A DNA stretch of 32,000 nt from an uncultured Pseudomonadota bacterium (GTDB taxonomy: Bacteria > Pseudomonadota > Gammaproteobacteria > Methylococcales > Methylomonadaceae), in assembly GCA_963765965.1 (NCBI GenBank), contig CAVXZR010000129.1:36444-68443 (forward strand). Direction: 5' to 3'. The notes under the pieces are model-generated. The model ran no database searches. It was not told where the DNA came from and saw nothing but the letters and a program-made list of their open reading frames with translations. Below, one piece after another: positions 25,741-32,000 of the stretch. Within the stretch, counting starts at the first letter, position 1; each line of letters opens with the position of its first letter. The position numbers and the translations under genes were made by a program.

Positions 25741-26107
25741 TTAAGACTCCGGTATCGGTAAAACCGGCATAACTTCCACAGAGTCACCCGGAAAGATCGT
25801 GAAGTGCGGATGTTCTTCGAACAGTTTGGCGGCTTCCTCGTGCGAATCCGCGCGAACAACCATATAGGCGCTCAACTCATTGCTTGTGTCCTCGATACCG
25901 CGTTGAGTTATCTTTTTCGTCTTACCGAGCGGTCCGCCCATGTCTGACAATTGCGGCTTGATGTTTCGCGCACCATGCTTTCCATGCGGCTATTCCTTCC
26001 TGCATCTTTGCTTTCCGCTCTTCCTCCGGAAGGGCGTTCCATGCCGTCATGCGCGGGCTGGTCTTGCTGCCGAGAAAAACGGCGAGAAAGGTGTCATTCG
26101 TACTCAT
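25741..26107 (-). pseudogene. Conserved-hypothetical small protein (about 120 aa) split by a 1-nt frameshift
   Basis: Track ORFs 25922..26107 and 25741..25950 overlap in different frames. Joined, they read ...AWCAKHQAAIV/DMGGPLGKTKKITQRGIEDTSN...HPHFTIFPGDSVEVMPVLPIP as one continuous domain. The second ORF only starts at a TTG inside the overlap. Confidence 0.6.
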
Positions 26108-26527
26108 AAAGCCTCCTTTTTTTACATGTTATGGGTTTGAAAGGGTGCGTTTAAACAAACAACACCAAAGTCGCATAGGCATTATAAACGACTGTGTTTG
26201 TAAGTCACATGGACAAAACTAACATCCCATTACCGAACTTCATTCCGCCATATTCATCGCCATAAAGCGGCCAGTCGCAACCGGCGAAAATTGGCCGATT
26301 TTGAATACTCGTATCACTCCGAAAATAATTCCGGATAGCTGCCGTTCAAATCAGCTACATTAAAGTAGGTTGATCGGCATCAGACGACCCATTGCAGCCG
26401 GATGCACTGTTTTAATGAGTGGCAACAATAGAGCTTATACTTGTCGTCGAACACTGGAGTTTTTGTATGATATACAGAACTATTTAATCACTTTTAGGTT
26501 TTAAATTTACCGTTTAGAGGACACGCA

Positions 26528-26770
26528 ATGGTTGACATGAATACAGAATTCCTTGGGGGAGAATTAGCTGGCCAGTCCCGCTCCCCAATTAACGAAGATG
26601 AATTGGCACAACTTGGGTACCGGCACGCATTGACAACAAAACCCCACGGCAACGAACTGACCACCTGTATCGCTGTGCCAATCGCTTGGACGCCAAACGA
26701 AGAACGCCAAGCAATCAAAGAAAAGTTCAACATTGTCACCCAACGCAGGCCAGGAAAGCGATCTCTCTGA
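26528..26770 (+). CDS. Hypothetical 80-aa protein
   Basis: ORF track. A good AGAGGA RBS lies 7 nt upstream of the ATG. No family recognised. Confidence 0.45.
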   Translation: MVDMNTEFLGGELAGQSRSPINEDELAQLGYRHALTTKPHGNELTTCIAVPIAWTPNEERQAIKEKFNIVTQRRPGKRSL

Positions 26771-26879
26771 TTATGATCATCGCCCTAAGACTTAACATCA
26801 CAATCCACCTGACATCTGGCAAGCTGAGCCTGCATCCGTCCGGTGATTTTTAACGTTATTTTTCACTGGTGCGTTTAGA

Positions 26880-27083
26880 ATGAAGACTAATCTGATCAAA
26901 GCTAGGCTTAGAGAACTTTTTACCGAAGCTGAAAAGCTGGGACGCGATCTTGCTCTACATCAGCTCGATTGGGCTGAGTGGGGGGCAAACGGGCACCCCG
27001 ATGGCCCACCAGATTGGCTTATCGAGAAAGACGACGAATTGGTAAAAAGCCATTTGAGAGACTTGCTTTCTCACTCTATCTAA
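26880..27083 (+). CDS. Hypothetical 67-aa protein, possibly the N-terminal part of one interrupted 275-codon frame
   Basis: ORF track. It is in the same frame as 27105..27707, separated by one TAA plus 7 sense codons. Confidence 0.4.
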   Translation: MKTNLIKARLRELFTEAEKLGRDLALHQLDWAEWGANGHPDGPPDWLIEKDDELVKSHLRDLLSHSI

Positions 27084-27104
27084 CTACAAACTACAGTCTG
27101 CCTA

Positions 27105-27707
27105 TTGGACTCTTCTGGGCTACACGCTTACCTAGCCCAGTTCCATCGAAAGTTCGGCGATCCCTTCGATGCTCATGGTGCAGCGTCGAAGTATGACATT
27201 GACCACTACTGGTCCGGCGAGCCATACAACGTTTTCCTCGCTGACTTGATGCAGTTCCTCGCGCCTCTTGATGTACTAGGCGACGAGTCTCGCTACCTCA
27301 AGCTGTCTGGTATTCAATACCTCGAAACCATCCTCCGCAACACAGCCACCATCATTCACAAGGCAGGAATCTGCCCGGCATCGGAATCAGAGGTCTACAA
27401 GTCGGTTCGTACCGTATTGGAGTCCATATTTCCGTCAGCGAAAACTCCAAAATCAAACTTTCTCAAGACTGCCCAAGAATACAAGCCGTCTATCTTGCTC
27501 CCCGAGTTGTCTGCCGCTATCAAGTACAAATATGCTGATAGCGAAGTCAAACTAAAGGCAACCATCGCACAAATTTCTGATGACGTGAAAGGCTATACGG
27601 GTGATAGCGACTACAACCTGTTCTATGCCGTCTTTTACGTAAAGGACGATTTTTGGGGTGAGGACAAATTCAGCACCGCATGGAATAGGCACGGGTTCAC
27701 CCATTAG
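27105..27707 (+). CDS. Hypothetical 200-aa protein with a degenerate PD-(D/E)XK-like core; TTG start doubtful
   Basis: ORF track. SESEVYKSVRTVLESIFPS...EYKPSILLPELSAAIKYKY resembles the E...PD...(D/E)xK restriction-endonuclease-fold layout, but with Ser and Lys at the acidic positions. It ends about 50 bp from the IS110-family transposase stop. Confidence 0.4.
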   Translation: MDSSGLHAYLAQFHRKFGDPFDAHGAASKYDIDHYWSGEPYNVFLADLMQFLAPLDVLGDESRYLKLSGIQYLETILRNTATIIHKAGICPASESEVYKSVRTVLESIFPSAKTPKSNFLKTAQEYKPSILLPELSAAIKYKYADSEVKLKATIAQISDDVKGYTGDSDYNLFYAVFYVKDDFWGEDKFSTAWNRHGFTH

Positions 27708-27756
27708 CCATCCGGTGTCAATACGTTAAACAAAATCCTGCCGATCGAAATCAGCA

Positions 27757-28721
27757 TCAATAAATCCATATGTAATAAGCCGCTCTTGCCAATTTGTGGG
27801 CCACCGCCCTAATCGCAATAATGCCATTCGTCTTGCGCTGTTTGCGTTCAAAAAACCGTTTCGCCAAAGGTTCGTAACGCACGGCAAAGTGGGCGGCTTC
27901 CGAAAAGGCCCACGAGAGATATTTGTTACCGCTCTTAGCGTTGCCTTCGCCTTTTTTCTTGGCGTTACTCACCCTTTCGCTTTTGACACAGCGGCAATAC
28001 GAGGCGTAATCGCCTACTTCGGCAAAGCGCTGGATATCGCCGGTTTCCAAGGCGATGGTCATTCCCTGGATAGGGCCGACGCCGGGGACACTGTTCAATA
28101 CTTGGTAGTCCGCTCTGGGCTTGACGACCTTGAGCAACTGACTTTCTATCTCGTCTACTTCGGCCTGTATGCTGCGATAGACCCTCAAGCTGGCTTCCGC
28201 TCCATTTCACCCGGCAAATCAACGCTAAAATTGACCCGCCTCAACTGGCTACTGCTGATTTTGACCCCCGTTTGCCGCCAAATCTGGCTTTGCAGACTAA
28301 TCAACTGTTTACTGGCCGTATGCACCAGAAACATGCGCCGACGCAACAGATCACGGATACCTCGCTGTTCTTTGGGATAGATATAACCGGTGGGCAATAT
28401 CTTGAGCCGCATCAAATGCGCCAGCCAGAAAGCATCATGGCGATCATCGGTGTATTTTAAGCCCGAGTATTGTTGTACGGCTGTCGTGTTAACCAGTTTC
28501 ATCGGGTAACCCGCCGCTTGTAAGCCATCCACCAACCAATACCAGTTAAAGGTCGATTCAACCGCCACCCCCACTAAACCCGATCGATACGGTTCCAGCG
28601 CACTGAGCGTTAAAGGTAAATCGTTCTTTAATCGCCGTTCATAGAGCCTTTTATCTTCATCATCAATAATCACAACCACATGGTTATTGGAATGCAAATC
28701 GATACCGCAATAAAATGCCAT
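27757..28721 (-). mobile_element. IS110-family transposase/recombinase gene, frameshifted (element borders not determinable)
   Basis: The N-part (28185..28721, MAFYCGIDLHSNNHVVVIIDDEDK..., DEDD/RuvC-like) and the C-part (27757..28188, VPGVGPIQGMTIALETGDIQRF...SGNKYLSWAFSEAA, Transposase_20-like) are in different frames. The shift lies between 28187 and 28206. A GAGGAGG RBS precedes ATG 28721. Confidence 0.85.
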
Positions 28722-28804
28722 GGTAGCCTCCTCGTTTTTCTCAAGTGTCAATGGCGGTCAAAGTCCGCGTTAATTAGGACGAAGCCTAAACAGGGTTTTG
28801 ACTA

Positions 28805-28919
28805 TTGTTGAGTTTGGGTGTCAAGGGCAAGACGCAAAAAATCGACACCTATAAAAATCAAAAGGGCGTCTATTTTTTGTGGCTTGGCGAAGCGAACCCT
28901 TGACTCACAAACTCAACAA
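28805..28919 (-). ncRNA. Candidate structured RNA (bridge-RNA-like) in the 5' non-coding end of the IS110-family element
   Basis: 23-nt arms TTGTTGAGTTTGGGTGTCAAGGG (28805-28827) and CCCTTGACTCACAAACTCAACAA (28897-28919), complementary at 21/23, enclose about 70 nt. The structure sits 85-200 nt upstream of the recombinase ATG. Confidence 0.3.
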
Positions 28920-29050
28920 GTACACTATTTTGGCAGGGGGTGCAGGGTTTGGGGCAGAGCCCCAAGTCTAAATAAGGGGTTTTTTCCTCATCTTATTTAG
29001 GCGTTTTATCACCGCCGTTTGCCAACCACTGGAGATGGCTAGAGGATTAT

Positions 29051-29106
29051 CAGGTCTTGCTTTTTGCATTCTGCAAAAAACAAGACCTGACCCTGACCCT
29101 GACCTC
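29051..29106. repeat. Hairpin repeat CAGGTCTTGCTTTTTGCAttcTGCAAAAAACAAGACCTG followed by (A/C)CCTGACC short repeats, copy 1
   Basis: 18-bp stem with 1 mismatch. The same 50 bp recurs at 29623-29672. Confidence 0.75.
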
Positions 29107-29289
29107 ACGTTGAACGGGCAAATCGCGATCCTAAGGCGACAATCATCGACGTTTTACCAATGACCGTAGTCGAATGTATTGCCGACAGTAGGATGATGGC
29201 ATGGCTTTCTGGAAAGGTCTGTTCATTGAAACAGGCAGTGGGGCGTGGTATATTCAGCATTGTTAGATATGAATACCGGAGTTTTTACT

Positions 29290-29538
29290 ATGGCTACTAC
29301 CAGCTTGAGTCTTGGGGAACATTGGAAAGTCTTCATTAGGAGTGAAATCGCCAGTGGTCGCTACGGCTCAGCAAGTGAGGTTGTGCGGGATGCTTTGCGC
29401 GAACTTGAGGAACGCAAGCATAAACTAGCAGCGTTACGGGTGCATCTTGCAGAGGGCGCTGCGCAAGCCAGTAGAGGCGAATTTGTACAGGATTATACTG
29501 TTGCCGCCGTTATTCAGGAGCTGGATAACGAGGGATAA
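29290..29538 (+). CDS. parD: ParD-family (CC2985/COG3609-type) type II antitoxin
   Basis: MATTSLSLGEHWKVFIRSEIASGRYGSASEVVRDALRELEERKHKLAALRVHLAEG fits the ParD_antitoxin pattern (..SGrY.saSEVvReaLRlLee). The start is set at ATG 29290 rather than the track GTG at 29245. Confidence 0.8.
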   Translation: MATTSLSLGEHWKVFIRSEIASGRYGSASEVVRDALRELEERKHKLAALRVHLAEGAAQASRGEFVQDYTVAAVIQELDNEG

Positions 29539-29570
29539 TGGCAACTTATAGGATTACCCCCAGGGCGCTT
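29538..29570 (+). pseudogene. parE: parE toxin gene remnant (first ~10 codons only)
   Basis: An ATG overlaps the parD stop (TAATG). MATYRITPRA matches the canonical ParE/RelE-fold N-terminus (M..Y.l...A). The frame then runs into short tandem repeats and the hairpin element. Confidence 0.55.
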
Positions 29571-29720
29571 AGTACGGCACAAGGTCAGGTCTTAGTACGG
29601 CACAGGGTCAACGGCACAGGGTCAGGTCTTGCTTTTTGCATTCTGCAAAAAACAAGACCTGACCCTGACCTCCTGCTGACCTCCTGACCTCGCTTGTGAC
29701 CCTGACCTCGCTGACCTCGT
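29560..29720. repeat. Short tandem repeats (ACGGCACAGGGTCA units), hairpin repeat copy 2 with a 24-bp stem, and a CTGACCTC microsatellite-like tail
   Basis: GTCTTAGTACGGCACA(A/G)GGTCA is duplicated. The hairpin is CAGGGTCAGGTCTTGCTTTTTGCAttcTGCAAAAAACAAGACCTGACCCTG. At least 6 CTGACC(TC) units follow. Confidence 0.75.
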
Positions 29721-30223
29721 TACGTACGCGAAAGTAGTTACGAATGCTTGGTGTGCTTATCGGCGCCTATCATGATCCGTGACAGTCAGCTTTTCAGCCA
29801 AAGTGCGGGAGATCGTCAGACTTTAGAGAACGTCGGCAGTCTGAAGTATTGCTGACGTTCATTTCGCTGATTTTGGCAATTAGCGAATGACCGGAGTTGG
29901 CCGATGACCGCCTTTCAGAGTCAATAATCACCAGTGTCAGCTTTATGAGCTTTTTATCTTATTGAAGTTAGCATGTTGGGTTGCAAAGAGAGCAACCCAA
30001 CAGCCCTACCTCCTAACAACGGGAAAATAAATTTCACCGGTCACTTCCGGACTTCGATACACGTCATCCGGAATAGTTAGAACCAGCTATACGCCAGGCA
30101 TCGCCAAAACGGTTTCAAACTACCGCTTGTCAGCGCCGGGAACTCAACATTAGACGGTTCATCAGGTCTTGAGCAAAACCGGAACTTCTCGCATCCGTTG
30201 GCCAATCATAGACGAAAACAGTG

Positions 30224-30649
30224 TCATCCGGGATACGCAGTGAGAAGTTGAACCCAGTCCACATGAATGTGATTTTCATGAGCTACACCGAGAGCGATAT
30301 CGTTATTCGGATTTTTTTTGAGCCGATGGCCACCGTAGCCACCGCCGCCACCGGGAATGTGATAATGAAATGGTCGATTTCCAGGAAGCCAATCGGTATA
30401 AAGGATGTCGTGCCAACGGATTTGGCTTTGCATGTCGATCAAAGCCGCAACGATGTCATCGGCGATCATTTTTTCGTATTCATTGGTGCTATCGAGCATG
30501 ATATCGACTGCAAGACCGGCAGTATGCCTAGAGCCGTCATTACGGATCGTGCCGATTCCGTTACCTTGTAGTTCCGGTATGACAGCTTGCAGCGCATAAG
30601 ACAGCTCTGCAACTGCGGGACAAACTGTGTTAACTGGGTGATTGGGCAT
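30224..30649 (-). CDS. LAS-superfamily (peptidase M15/Hedgehog-type Zn hydrolase fold)-like protein with a glycine-rich insert
   Basis: SRHTAGLAVD matches the S.H..G.A.D zinc/active-site motif, and NHIHVDW matches the distal (f)vHvD motif of M15/DUF882-type enzymes. The insert is HIPGGGGGYGGH. No signal peptide. The start is set at ATG 30649, behind an AGAGGA RBS. Confidence 0.45.
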   Translation of the reverse strand: MPNHPVNTVCPAVAELSYALQAVIPELQGNGIGTIRNDGSRHTAGLAVDIMLDSTNEYEKMIADDIVAALIDMQSQIRWHDILYTDWLPGNRPFHYHIPGGGGGYGGHRLKKNPNNDIALGVAHENHIHVDWVQLLTAYPG

Positions 30650-31194
30650 AATCAAATCCTCTGTGTTCAGTCAACCGGCGGAATATAATCTTAGGTTATA
30701 TGAGTAAAAATCTCGGGCAACGATTAAGGCATACCAACGAACAAACAGTCATACACCTCTGAGTGGTATGCCGATAATTTAAACCTTACCATCAAGGCAC
30801 GTTAGGAATCTGTTAATTATTACCTTGCTGTGAAACCTGGAATCTTAGTAATTGCGTTCAACTAAATCGGTGCTTTGAGGGACTGAATTGACAGTAAAAT
30901 AACTTGCGCCAATGGCTTTAGCTCTTCTGTAGCGCATCTCTAGCGATTATAACGTCAACCGGATTGTTGAATGTTCCATCTGCAATGGACCGGTTTTGAT
31001 ATATTGTGATGGATGGTGACAGATTTAAACTCTACCATCTATACCAATTCTTTCGACTTCGAGGGTTGGGCTTCCTATCGCCAGCCCCATACGCATCAAC
31101 TTTAGAAAATAATTGTTATTTATTAGTATGTTATAAATATTGATGAATTATATTCCTTCAATCCCGCTATGCGGTGGATATCTGTTAGTCCCTT

Positions 31195-32000
31195 TCATGC
31201 ATAAGCACGCCTAAGTTCTATCCGTTGACAGGTGTTTAGCTTTTTCTTTCGCTTATTCATTGAACAGCCATGATTGAACCTGTCAGCCAGTTCTTTTAGA
31301 AAGTTAGCCAATGCTTCCAGGTCATCAATGCATTTGGCTAAACCGGATGATTGCTCCTTAATCATTTGATGGCCTTTGACTAGACTACGGTCAGGCTTCC
31401 GCCAGAGGCCGGTCAATACTATCCAGTGCTGAACGATGATCGCTAGTAATTTGGCATAGATTTCACAGAGTATACGCTCCGGTTTTTCACTGCGCGAATG
31501 TCCTAGGCCGCTATGGGATTTCCACAATTTAAAAATCAGCTCAATTTGCCAACGAACACCGTACATGACAAAACAGTCTTCATGGTTTAGTTTTTCAGGT
31601 TCGACATTGGTGATCAGGATATTCCAATCACACCCGGCAAGATTCGCTTCGCTAGGCATTCTGCTGTGCTTTCTGCCGTTATTCAGCATTTTGGCCCGTC
31701 GCCGACCCGCTTCTTCCTCCGGTAATTTCCAGAATAGCATTCGCACAGTCAATTGTTCCTTGACGCCCACTTTGACCGCGATTTCATTTCGCATCTGCCC
31801 TTGTTTGAGTAGATTTAGACAGTGACTATTCAAGTTTATCGGGGTGCCGCCCATTGAAAAAACTTGTGTACCGGGTTGCAGCCGAGAAATCCAATATTCA
31901 CCCGTGCAGCCTGTTGTTTCATGCGTCCAAGATTGAAATAGCCCAAATCTTGTATACGTAGACTCCCTTTTTCGTAAACAGATTCGGCCACAGGGCTACG
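31195..32000 (-). mobile_element. IS4-family DDE transposase gene, C-terminal two thirds (runs off the right edge), apparently frameshifted near 31902
   Basis: YGVRWQIELIFKLWK is the Y-2-R-3-E-6-K signature of the IS4 family. Upstream, another frame reads SLRIQDLGYFNLGRMKQQAAR, then switches to GEYWISRLQPGTQVFSMGGTP at a CGGG run (31901-31904). Confidence 0.75.

Noticed and set aside
27796-28380. 194-aa ORF on the + strand
   Set aside because: It is antisense to the IS110-family transposase halves and has no domain signal.
29560-29720. Possible CRISPR array or attC site in the short-repeat region
   Set aside because: The repeat units are only 8-20 bp, are directly abutting with no unique spacers, and there are no cas genes. 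I could find no R'/R'' core-site pattern (GTTRRRY) at the hairpin flanks. Treated as a hairpin repeat plus microsatellite.

Overview
This looks like a chromosomal window from a methylotroph or methanotroph-like proteobacterium. That is inferred from an MtdA/MtdB-type methylene-H4MPT dehydrogenase gene, and I cannot confirm it without a database search.

Housekeeping and accessory genes:
- a CDF metal exporter (partial, at the left edge)
- an OprB-family porin
- an OmpR-family response regulator
- mtd
- a two-subunit bacterioferritin locus with bfd
- an MCP
- a STAS-like protein and a YecA/UPF0149-like protein
- a DUF1800/DUF1501 pair
- an ICMT-family methyltransferase

These genes sit in a very dense repeat landscape:
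- a 154-bp MITE, present in 3 copies, each with an 8-bp target-site duplication
- chimeric repeats that share the MITE terminus
- several classes of GTAGG-headed REP/REPIN-like hairpin elements

The window also carries many decayed genes:
- an MgtE-like fragment
- a 74-codon sensor-kinase-like ORF interrupted by a MITE
- a PAS fragment
- an MCP with an in-frame TAA
- a frameshifted small gene
- frameshifted IS110-family and IS4-family transposases
- a truncated parE

The right-hand 6 kb is a mobile-element-rich island. It holds an IS110-family element, orphan parD, an LAS/M15-like protein and an IS4-family element.

Items most worth a second look:
1. A 2.6-kb AT-rich stretch with no credible long ORF (14.7-17.3 kb). 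It contains two paralogous 46-47-codon ORFs with a purifying-selection signature, and a near-consensus sigma-54 promoter.
2. A translationally coupled pair of STAND/AAA-type ATPases, the second with wHTH and TPR domains, sitting behind a 19-bp perfect inverted repeat.
3. An orphan but intact podovirus-type portal gene with a coupled proline-rich small ORF.
4. The MITE family and what it has inserted into.
5. Structured DNA 5' of the IS110-family recombinase, which could encode a bridge-RNA-like ncRNA.

I saw no rRNA, tRNA or CRISPR array.
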